IMG/VR virus record: IMGVR_UViG_3300028835_001421
Strand: one strand, 5' to 3'
DNA from: a virus
Length of the DNA: 38,994 nucleotides
A program made the translations under genes and the position numbers. Below are positions 1 through 7,158 of the stretch, in pieces. Under the pieces are notes generated by a model that made no database searches, was not told the DNA's origin, and saw nothing but the letters and a program-made list of their open reading frames with translations. The stretch's first letter is position 1. Each line of letters begins with the position of its first letter.

Positions 1-144
1 CTTAACTTACAATAGTAAGAGGGCACTCCCCAAAAGCGGCACAACCGGTGACCATTTTACTAAATCAACACGATGTTGCCCACTTGGAGTCCGTCCCTCT
101 GGAGGCAGAGTGATGACGAAAGAAGAAATAGGCTTAAGAGTGAA
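1..144. repeat. Terminal duplication, copy 1 (exact match to 38851..38994)
   Basis: Read directly: the first 144 nt (cttaacttacaatagtaagaggg...ggcttaagagtgaa) recur verbatim as the last 144 nt of the window, giving a unique length of 38850 bp. Confidence 0.95.
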
Positions 145-631
145 GGCTATCGAAAAGCTCGCACAAGTAATCGATTTATCCAAGTACGGCAAGGCCAGGA
201 TGTCTATATTTCCGGATGCAGCTATCTACAGCGCAACACATAAACTAATCAATTCCATAAAAGGAGGTGTATTAGTCAGAGATCCCTTTGCTTATACTTA
301 CGAACTTTCCCATAAGGCAGCCATAGAACTAAAAATACCACTAAACTTTTCCCTTTTTGATCGGTACTCTTTCGTTGGGACAGAAAATCCACTCACTTCA
401 GACACAATCACACTACCTACCACAAAGGGACGCAAAATGTATTTGGCTTACAAACCATGGGAAAAACCTGTAGAGAACTTAGATCCTGAAAAGGAGCTTC
501 AAGGCTACGAAAAGGTCGAACAATCCACCTATTTTAAGGAGTTTCAACGGATACTAGGACCAGAGATATCCAACGCTTTGCTAAAGAAATGCAAACACAA
601 TGTTGTAACGAAAGCTATGCAGAATACCTAA
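2..631 (+). CDS. Replication-initiator-like protein, C-terminal part. Same ORF as 38324..38994 once the duplicated ends are merged (385 aa in total); track ORF 110..631 is its tail.
   Basis: The frame of track ORF 110..631 stays open back to nt 2. It is in phase with the ORF that runs off the 3' end of the window (527 + 631 nt = 386 codons including the stop). Confidence 0.65.
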   Translation, partial: LTYNSKRALPKSGTTGDHFTKSTRCCPLGVRPSGGRVMTKEEIGLRVKAIEKLAQVIDLSKYGKARMSIFPDAAIYSATHKLINSIKGGVLVRDPFAYTYELSHKAAIELKIPLNFSLFDRYSFVGTENPLTSDTITLPTTKGRKMYLAYKPWEKPVENLDPEKELQGYEKVEQSTYFKEFQRILGPEISNALLKKCKHNVVTKAMQNT

Positions 632-641
632 AGGAATAACC

Positions 642-971
642 ATGGAAGATACGAAGAAAGCCACATTCTCAATCTCTTATCCTGGAATGAGCCTCATGTG
701 GGACGTTTGTTACGCCCATGACGAATTGACAACACGTCATATCGTAGGGGAACTTATCCGTTATGTTGGTCATGCAGGAATAGAAAGCTTCATAGACGAA
801 GCTTTGTGGGTTGAAACAGAAGTATATGGGTGCTACCACATATCTGAAGATGAGACTGAAACCGTAATGTATGATCCCTACACATACAAAACCAAAGGCC
901 ACAGCCAAAACTTCGCTATAGACTTTATATCTGAAATGATAGACGAACTTTTAGGAAATGATGATGCCTGA
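642..971 (+). CDS. Hypothetical acidic early protein (109 aa)
   Basis: ATG preceded by aaggaataacc. The ORF is tightly packed with its neighbours and has an acidic C-terminus (SEMIDELLGNDDA). No family recognised. Confidence 0.6.
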   Translation: MEDTKKATFSISYPGMSLMWDVCYAHDELTTRHIVGELIRYVGHAGIESFIDEALWVETEVYGCYHISEDETETVMYDPYTYKTKGHSQNFAIDFISEMIDELLGNDDA

Positions 972-1263
972 AAATCTCATAGAGTGGGTTAAGAAAAATA
1001 ACATTAAACACAAAGAATCATATTCCCAGGACGGCTCGCTTAATGGAGTAATTGTGAAGTGCAGATTCTCTAGGGAAATCCTTGTAGAAAAAGAAATGTT
1101 TGATTGCGAGTGGAGGTTCATATGTGAATGCGATGACCTTCGCGATGAAGATGACGAAGACTGGGGTGAATGTGAGTGCGAATGCACAAACCAAGGATAC
1201 ACCTCAGCTCACCTAAAATTTTGTATCCACCGAGACTCTCTTCCCATTAGCCCCAAGGAATAA
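958..1263 (+). CDS. Hypothetical Cys/Asp/Glu-rich early protein (101 aa)
   Basis: Overlaps the upstream stop by 14 nt. Contains CEWRFICECDDLRDEDDEDWGECECECTNQGY. No family recognised. Confidence 0.55.
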   Translation: MMMPENLIEWVKKNNIKHKESYSQDGSLNGVIVKCRFSREILVEKEMFDCEWRFICECDDLRDEDDEDWGECECECTNQGYTSAHLKFCIHRDSLPISPKE

Positions 1264-1265
1264 AA

Positions 1266-1772
1266 GTGCCCAAAACTACTAACCATACCAAACTAAAAAG
1301 AAGATCCCCTAGCCTAGTGTCGGATTTCTATAAACATTTATTCACCAATATGACCGTCCCAGTCACCACATCCTTCATCGCTAGACTCTCAGAAGACCTG
1401 CTCAAATGGGCCGTCAACGACGACAACGCCCTTAAACTAACACAGTTCACTCGCAAGGTAGGAGTACACTCCGGTACCTTCTATCGATGGGCCAACAAGC
1501 ACCCTACCCTGCGCAACGCCCTAACCGCCGCTAAAGAAGCTATAGGCGACCGTAGAGAAATAGGCGCACTAACCGGCAAATACAACTACAAAATGGTAAT
1601 GCACCAACAACACCATTACGATAACTCTTGGTGGGACTCCGAAGTCAAAAGAGCCGAACTTAGAGCCAGAACCACCGATAAACTTAACCCCGATATTAAA
1701 TACGTTATAGCCGTAGAAGACTTTAGTAAGAAAGTCAAAACTCCAACCAAGAACCTACCCGTGGAGAAATGA
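1266..1772 (+). CDS. HTH DNA-binding protein; candidate terminase small subunit
   Basis: GTG start after aaggaataaaa. The motif LTQFTRKVGVHSGTFYRWANKHPTLRNALTAAKEAIGDRREIGAL resembles the HTH plus following helix seen in many small terminases. The assignment rests on pattern only. Confidence 0.45.
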   Translation: MPKTTNHTKLKRRSPSLVSDFYKHLFTNMTVPVTTSFIARLSEDLLKWAVNDDNALKLTQFTRKVGVHSGTFYRWANKHPTLRNALTAAKEAIGDRREIGALTGKYNYKMVMHQQHHYDNSWWDSEVKRAELRARTTDKLNPDIKYVIAVEDFSKKVKTPTKNLPVEK

Positions 1773-1773
1773 G

Positions 1774-1983
1774 ATGAAAGAGAAAACAGATGAATTCATA
1801 TCGGAGATAGCAGAAAGAACTTTTTTGCTTCCTGCATCGCAGATATTGTTCGGAAAATGCCCATTTTGTAGTTGCTTTGGCTGCTTTGAGTGCAGACGCG
1901 AACCTTCGTATTACAACTGTTTTAAATGTAAGAAGGAGGGGGTAAATTTGAAGGAATTTATAGCTCATCTCAAGGAGAAATGA
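1774..1983 (+). CDS. Small Cys-rich zinc-ribbon-like protein (69 aa)
   Basis: SD ggagaa upstream. Contains CPFCSCFGCFEC...NCFKC cysteine pairs. Confidence 0.55.
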   Translation: MKEKTDEFISEIAERTFLLPASQILFGKCPFCSCFGCFECRREPSYYNCFKCKKEGVNLKEFIAHLKEK

Positions 1984-2309
1984 TGGACTACACCTTTGAG
2001 CGCGATAAGAAACTTGGCAACAGCCCATGGATAAACATAAAGAATTCTAAGGGTGAGACAGAGAAGATTTGCATAGACTGCCTTTCGTATCAAGCAGAAA
2101 TGCACTTTGAATATCCAGACCGAGCGCAAGATGAATTTGAGGACCTGGATGATCTAACTGATGAGTACAATTTATATGTACAGCTCATTCAGTCCGGAGC
2201 GTATCCCGTAGATGGCAACTTTGCTTATCGCTACCACAAGATGTTTCCTGATGATGAAGTCGTAAAAGGCATCAGGAGAGCGACTAAGAACCTATCTAAG
2301 GAGAAATAA
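1980..2309 (+). CDS. Hypothetical protein (109 aa)
   Basis: ATGA overlap with the upstream stop; SD aaggagaa. Confidence 0.6.
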   Translation: MMDYTFERDKKLGNSPWINIKNSKGETEKICIDCLSYQAEMHFEYPDRAQDEFEDLDDLTDEYNLYVQLIQSGAYPVDGNFAYRYHKMFPDDEVVKGIRRATKNLSKEK

Positions 2310-2581
2310 TGGATATGGAGTCACTGATAGTATTACTCGTTTTAGGGGCAATTAAGATTATCCTCTATTCTCACTGGAAGATCAGCAAGCGTATTGGGCA
2401 GTTAGAGAATGACAATGCAGCTCTCAAGAAGATAGTCAGGGCGCTGCATAAAGAAGAATTTGCTGAGTTTAGAAATTCTCTTCGTAGGATTAACTCAACA
2501 ATAGCCCCTAAGGACGGTAGTTCGCTTGGGGACGCAGAGAAAGAGATAGAAGAGGTAATTATACACTTAGGCTGTGATTAA
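2309..2581 (+). CDS. Small N-terminally membrane-anchored protein (90 aa)
   Basis: SD aaggagaa. Hydrophobic N-terminus LIVLLVLGAIKIILY followed by a charged helical region. Confidence 0.55.
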   Translation: MDMESLIVLLVLGAIKIILYSHWKISKRIGQLENDNAALKKIVRALHKEEFAEFRNSLRRINSTIAPKDGSSLGDAEKEIEEVIIHLGCD

Positions 2582-2920
2582 ATGGACGTATTTAAATACG
2601 GTTTACCAATACTTTACTTTTCAGCTCTCCTGATTCCCATTGCCTTCACGTTAATCAGAACGTATGGGCTCAGAAAATCTTCGGAGCTTAACGAAGAAAT
2701 TATTAAGGACATACGCTCAAGGGTTGCACGAATCGATGTTAACAGAGATATTAATATTGACGTTAAGATCGGCGAGCTAAAAGATCAGGACAGGCTGATT
2801 AGAAAACAAGTAGCCAAATTAAGAAAGTCTGTCCTGCTTTTAGAGAAGACGGGTAAGTTGTTTGATGAAGAGATATACACTGATGTTAAGAAGTCTGTTG
2901 AACTAGATAGAGAGGAATGA
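2582..2920 (+). CDS. Small N-terminally membrane-anchored coiled-coil protein (112 aa)
   Basis: The start abuts the upstream stop (TAAATG). Hydrophobic segment LPILYFSALLIPIAFTLI followed by a charged helical region. Confidence 0.55.
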   Translation: MDVFKYGLPILYFSALLIPIAFTLIRTYGLRKSSELNEEIIKDIRSRVARIDVNRDINIDVKIGELKDQDRLIRKQVAKLRKSVLLLEKTGKLFDEEIYTDVKKSVELDREE

Positions 2921-2921
2921 G

Positions 2922-3254
2922 ATGAGCGAAAAAGAACTGCGAATTAGCATACGCAAAGTTGAATTCAGCAAGGATGAAAAGCTAACCCCCAATCACCTTC
3001 TTGTTATTGGTGACTCAGCATCGTTGTCACCTATTGATGTGCTATTAGAGATAGATGGTTTTTTAAATCGTGCAGAAGTTTGCGCAGAAGCGCAAGAGGA
3101 TGGGGACAGTAAATATGAACTTGTTATTGAACGTTCTGGCAAAGGTGAAAGCGTCCTAAGAAGTAAATATAGCCTTTTTAGGTATGTAGTTTGTAATGAA
3201 AAGCTGCTCCTTTCGGTAGTATCTTTTGTTTTAGGGTGCTCCAGAGAGGAATGA
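2922..3254 (+). CDS. Hypothetical protein (110 aa)
   Basis: SD gagaggaa upstream; the start sits next to the upstream stop. Confidence 0.55.
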   Translation: MSEKELRISIRKVEFSKDEKLTPNHLLVIGDSASLSPIDVLLEIDGFLNRAEVCAEAQEDGDSKYELVIERSGKGESVLRSKYSLFRYVVCNEKLLLSVVSFVLGCSREE

Positions 3255-3356
3255 GATGCTTGAAGCATTAAGGATGTGGGCTGAATATGAAGAATAAAAA
3301 GTAAGTAGAGAGTTTTAATCCTGAGTTAGCTGTATAAAAGAAAAGGGAGGAATAAT

Positions 3357-3545
3357 ATGAATATTTCTATGGGAAAAGCAGTTGTTCTCGGTGCGTCTTA
3401 CGTTAAGTTGCAGTGGGTTGCGTTTTGGTTTGATGTGGTAGTTGTAAGCGTGATAGTTCTTACTGTGGTTTTTTTTGTTGGGAGCGCAGGACTTAGTTCG
3501 TTTCTTGATGATCATAGAGCGCGGAAAAAGCGTGAAAAGGAGTAA
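3357..3545 (+). CDS. Small membrane protein (62 aa)
   Basis: Strong SD aaaagggaggaataat before the ATG. Hydrophobic core WVAFWFDVVVVSVIVLTVVFFVG with a basic tail. Confidence 0.55.
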   Translation: MNISMGKAVVLGASYVKLQWVAFWFDVVVVSVIVLTVVFFVGSAGLSSFLDDHRARKKREKE

Positions 3546-3657
3546 TGTGGAAAATAAAGAGGAGCGTGGCATTCTCTCCAAACACTCCTCAACAAAATGA
3601 TGATTATTTTATTTAACCATCTGCCTAAATGTTACTTGGTTTTTAAAAGGAGAACAA

Positions 3658-5013
3658 GTGAGCCATCCTGTAGAAGTGAAGATCCACCTAAACAAATTCA
3701 AGCCACGTGATTATCAGCGTCCTATTTTTGAGGCGTTCTTTGAGAAGCGGTTTCGTCGATTAGTTATAGTTATGTGTCGTCGAGCTGGTAAAGACTTATG
3801 CACGTGGAATATTGTAATAAGAGAAGCGGTTACTCGGCCTGGAGTCTACTATGTAGTCTATCCTACGTACGCTCAGGGCAAGAAAATTCTATGGTCTTCA
3901 GTAACTATACAGGGAATTCGTTTTCTCGACTTTATTCCGCCTGAGCTTGTTGAGGGTATGAACTCTCAGGAGATGAAAGTAAATTTAACAAATGGTTCTA
4001 TCATCCAGATTATCGGTTCGGATAATCCTGATAGAATAGTTGGTACCAACCCACAGGGCGTCGTGTTCTCGGAATATGCGCTGCAGAACCCTCGCATATA
4101 TGCTCTCATGTCGCCCATTCTCGCAGCAAATAAGGGGTGGGCCATATTCCAGTCTACCCCGCGAGGAAAGAATCATTTCTGGGAGATATATCAGTTAGCT
4201 GTGAACTCCTCTCATTGGTGGACATGCAAGTTAGGGCTTAATGAAACAAAGCATATAGATCCATTGTTGATTGAGCGTGACCTTAAGGACGGCCAAATAA
4301 GTCCTGACTTGGTTCAGCAAGAATATTACTGTTCTTTTGAGGCTGGAGTTGAAGGATCAATTTATTGTAAGTATCTGGACAGAATGAACTTAAATAATCA
4401 AATTGGGGTTGTTCCATGGGAGGCTGGGTTTAAGGTACATACTGCGTGGGATTTAGGCATGAGTGATTCCACTGCGATAATATTTTTTCAGACAATAGGT
4501 CAGACCGTAAGAATAATAGATTATATAGAGAAGAGCAGTGAAGGCCTTGATTTTTATTGTAAGTATGTGTTATCAAAGCCATATACATACGGAAAGCACA
4601 TTGCTCCACATGATATAGCTGTTAGAGAGTGGGGTTCGGGTATGTCAAGAATAGAGAAGGCAAAGAACCTAGGTTTAAACTTTATACTTGCTCCTGATGT
4701 TTCCATACGTGATGGAATAGAGTCGGTTAGGTCGGCCCTGAGTAAAATATGGGTAGATGATCAAAGGTGTGCGCGGCTAATTAAGTGTCTTGAGAATTAT
4801 CGTTATGAATGGAACGCCACTAAGTACGATTATAAACAAGTTCCTTTACATGATCAGTACAGTCACGGTTCAGATTGTTTACGTTACATGTGCATCAGTC
4901 TTCCTAAGACTCGTGATGGATTGTCCGCTGAGGACCTGGAAAAGATACGACATGAAGCGATGTACGGCGATGAGTCGGGACTACCGCATATGTTTAGGAC
5001 TAACAAACATTAA
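3658..5013 (+). CDS. terL: Terminase large subunit
   Basis: GTG start 5 nt after aaggag. Walker A-like MCRRAGKDL and Walker B-like GVVFSEYA. The nuclease half carries acidic motifs TAWDLGMSDSTAIIFFQ, HIAPHDIA and SHGSDCLRYM. Confidence 0.93.
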   Translation: MSHPVEVKIHLNKFKPRDYQRPIFEAFFEKRFRRLVIVMCRRAGKDLCTWNIVIREAVTRPGVYYVVYPTYAQGKKILWSSVTIQGIRFLDFIPPELVEGMNSQEMKVNLTNGSIIQIIGSDNPDRIVGTNPQGVVFSEYALQNPRIYALMSPILAANKGWAIFQSTPRGKNHFWEIYQLAVNSSHWWTCKLGLNETKHIDPLLIERDLKDGQISPDLVQQEYYCSFEAGVEGSIYCKYLDRMNLNNQIGVVPWEAGFKVHTAWDLGMSDSTAIIFFQTIGQTVRIIDYIEKSSEGLDFYCKYVLSKPYTYGKHIAPHDIAVREWGSGMSRIEKAKNLGLNFILAPDVSIRDGIESVRSALSKIWVDDQRCARLIKCLENYRYEWNATKYDYKQVPLHDQYSHGSDCLRYMCISLPKTRDGLSAEDLEKIRHEAMYGDESGLPHMFRTNKH

Positions 5014-5015
5014 GG

Positions 5016-5390
5016 ATGAAGATGAAAAACGAGGAATGGGTTCTTGACCTTCGGGGTGATAAAGACAAAGAAGAAGAGAGTGAGCAGGCGCCTAAAAATA
5101 CTGAGTGGGTTGCTGAACTGATAGATGAGAATGGCGAAGTTATGAAGCCTGTGTGTGAAAAATGCTCTTCAAGTGAAGCCCTTATTCATATGTGTGGTGA
5201 GGAAGGGATGAAGTCGTACTGCCAAACGTGTTTATATGGACCAAGTAAGGACGATAGATCTACATGGTCATCAAATTTAAAGTTTATTGAGCCTAAGAAA
5301 TCCCCCAGTATGGCGATAAATCCTCGTATTGATGAAGATGACTGGAACACTCATCCACTGGGGATGTGCGACGAAAATAAGGATAAATAA
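5016..5390 (+). CDS. Acidic Cys-rich (zinc-ribbon-like) protein (124 aa; alternative start 5022)
   Basis: Contains CEKCSS...HMCG...YCQTC. The SD aagga fits the second ATG at 5022 better. Confidence 0.55.
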   Translation: MKMKNEEWVLDLRGDKDKEEESEQAPKNTEWVAELIDENGEVMKPVCEKCSSSEALIHMCGEEGMKSYCQTCLYGPSKDDRSTWSSNLKFIEPKKSPSMAINPRIDEDDWNTHPLGMCDENKDK

Positions 5391-5629
5391 TGATTAAAGA
5401 AGCAACTGAGGCGGCGGGTCAGTTGAAAAAAGTTTTTAGTGGAACTGTAGATATAGGAAATATGTCTGCTGACACTATAGGTAAGTATGTTGAGTACTTA
5501 AAGATGAAACTAATGTTTAATGCGGGACTCTCGCTTATTTCGACAGTGCTATTTTTTGCAACGGTTATCACAATTGTGGTTTTGGTTAGAAGAAGGGTCA
5601 ATAAAACGGAGCCTAAAAATGGTGGGTAG
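5390..5629 (+). CDS. Small C-terminally anchored membrane protein (79 aa)
   Basis: ATGA overlap with the upstream stop. TM segment LSLISTVLFFATVITIVVLV followed by RRRVNK. Confidence 0.55.
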   Translation: MIKEATEAAGQLKKVFSGTVDIGNMSADTIGKYVEYLKMKLMFNAGLSLISTVLFFATVITIVVLVRRRVNKTEPKNGG

Positions 5630-5888
5630 ATATTTGATGCTACTAATCACGGCCCTGGTTTTTCCTGGCTTTGGTGGAATGTATTCATTTGGATTTGGGG
5701 CCACGTTCAATATTGGAACTTTTTTTGTGCATATAAGTTACGCATTGTTTCCAAGTATGCTTTTAGCTCTCCCAATAACTATCGGCATATATTTATTGGG
5801 AGAGCTGGCCATGGACGATTGGGAGTCTGTAGGTATTGAGGATTTTGTTTGTAATTTTTGTGGTCTAAAAAGGAGTAATAATGAATAG
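5619..5888 (+). CDS. Multi-pass small membrane protein (89 aa; holin-like topology)
   Basis: The start is refined to the internal ATG (MVGRYLMLLITALVF...) with acggag 7 nt upstream. Two or three hydrophobic segments. The upstream part of track ORF 5520..5888 overlaps the previous gene. Confidence 0.45.
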   Translation: MVGRYLMLLITALVFPGFGGMYSFGFGATFNIGTFFVHISYALFPSMLLALPITIGIYLLGELAMDDWESVGIEDFVCNFCGLKRSNNE

Positions 5889-6099
5889 ACGTACGCTATT
5901 ACTGGTATCAGTAAGTATTTTCAGTGTTGTTTTTATGGGTTCTTGTACTAAGAGGGTGTTCGATGCATCGGTATCTCCCATACTATCTGTTGCGAAGACG
6001 CTACAAAATTGTATTAAAAGTATCTTTCGAACTGACACCTGCACAGTTCACTCCAACACAGAAGAAGTTAAGGCTCCTGAGGAGACGTTAGAGAAATGA
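5881..6099 (+). CDS. Signal-peptide / lipoprotein-like small protein (72 aa)
   Basis: N-terminus MNRRTLLLVSVSIFSVVFMGSC is signal-like, with a Cys after the h-region (loose lipobox). Overlaps the upstream stop. Confidence 0.5.
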   Translation: MNRRTLLLVSVSIFSVVFMGSCTKRVFDASVSPILSVAKTLQNCIKSIFRTDTCTVHSNTEEVKAPEETLEK

Positions 6100-6335
6100 A
6101 CCTGAATGGATTCGTTTTAGGAGTATTTATATTTCTTGTACTTACTCTTTACATAAGCAGTAGTAACGAAGACAAGGTAATAATTCACTCTTCTTTTGAG
6201 AAGATAACTGAGATATTACATGGTCAATTTAGGGAATTAGTTGATCAGTACCGTGGGCCTCCAAAATACAAAATTAAGACTACCTGTGATGATGCCTTTA
6301 AGGGCTCCAAGGTAGCTAAGGATGACTGGGATTAA
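6096..6335 (+). CDS. N-terminally anchored small membrane protein (79 aa)
   Basis: ATGA overlap with the upstream stop. TM segment FVLGVFIFLVLTLYI. Confidence 0.5.
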   Translation: MNLNGFVLGVFIFLVLTLYISSSNEDKVIIHSSFEKITEILHGQFRELVDQYRGPPKYKIKTTCDDAFKGSKVAKDDWD

Positions 6336-6337
6336 GA

Positions 6338-6856
6338 ATGAGTAAAATTCCACACTATAGAGATGAATACTTTATGAACATAAAGTATGACATGTGGATT
6401 GAGAAAAGCGGAAGCGAAACAAAAGTTGGTTCGATTACTTGGTATGAACTTACCGATGTACATGCAAGCCTTGAGTTTATTGGATATAACACCAGATATG
6501 GTGATAACTTTTTAAGGATGTATAAATCAGTTGTAGATAGTAAAGATGAAAAACAACTGAAGGCTATGAACTATCCTGGCGGCGTGTCTGAAACTGATTG
6601 TGGGATCAGGTATATCAACGACAATGTTCCAATGCGAGCATTTGACAATATGGTTAGAAAGGCACTAAAGGGTCGTCTTGATTTAAACGTAAGTGCTTCA
6701 TGCGGTGACTTAATACATGAAAGAACAGATATCTGTGAGTGGCCAGATAAAACAGAAGACCACCAAGTTATTTTAGAGCGAACTGATTGGTCGCTTCTTG
6801 AGTGTCTTACAAATGTAAAGAACGGAATTATTTTTTATGCGCACAGGGAAGACTAA
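6338..6856 (+). CDS. Hypothetical protein (172 aa)
   Basis: Starts 2 nt after the previous stop. No motif recognised. Confidence 0.6.
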   Translation: MSKIPHYRDEYFMNIKYDMWIEKSGSETKVGSITWYELTDVHASLEFIGYNTRYGDNFLRMYKSVVDSKDEKQLKAMNYPGGVSETDCGIRYINDNVPMRAFDNMVRKALKGRLDLNVSASCGDLIHERTDICEWPDKTEDHQVILERTDWSLLECLTNVKNGIIFYAHRED

Positions 6857-7158
6857 AGAAGAATGGGAGAATGAATGAGTATTAAGGTTTATTTTATCAA
6901 AGGGAATGGAAACGCAAGAAAAATCGGCTAGAGGAGCCAAAATTTACAATTCGCTCTTAGTTGGTGCGACTCCAAACGATTACATGTTTAGTGATGGATT
7001 TTTAGTTCCGTCTAAGTGTAAAATTGGCGCTGATAAAGTTACATTTAAATCTACGACTTACTACGATTAATAGTCATACGGCTGAGTAGTTGTGTATGAT
7101 TAAAATACAAAGGTAAAAAAAAGGTAGTAATAAAATCTAAATACGCAAGGATAGAAGT

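Noticed and set aside
1-144. The 144-nt terminal repeat as a genuine T7-like direct terminal repeat
   Set aside because: The repeat lies wholly inside an open reading frame that is in phase across the junction, which favours an assembly overlap or a permuted genome. It cannot be settled without read data, so it is kept as a finding with that caveat.
7-192. Minus-strand track ORF 7..192
   Set aside because: It is antisense to the initiator-like ORF that continues across the junction, and it has no SD.
4790-5047. Track ORFs overlapping terL and portal in other frames (3985..4176, 4790..5047, 7190..7381, 7233..7421)
   Set aside because: They are nested within genes whose identity is supported by motifs. 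They have no SD and no recognisable features.
6906-7070. 54-aa ORF (METQEKSARGAKIYNSLLVG...) in the 302-nt gap before the portal gene
   Set aside because: The only SD-like element (aaaggga) abuts the ATG with no spacing, and no motif is visible. It may be real but is unsupported.
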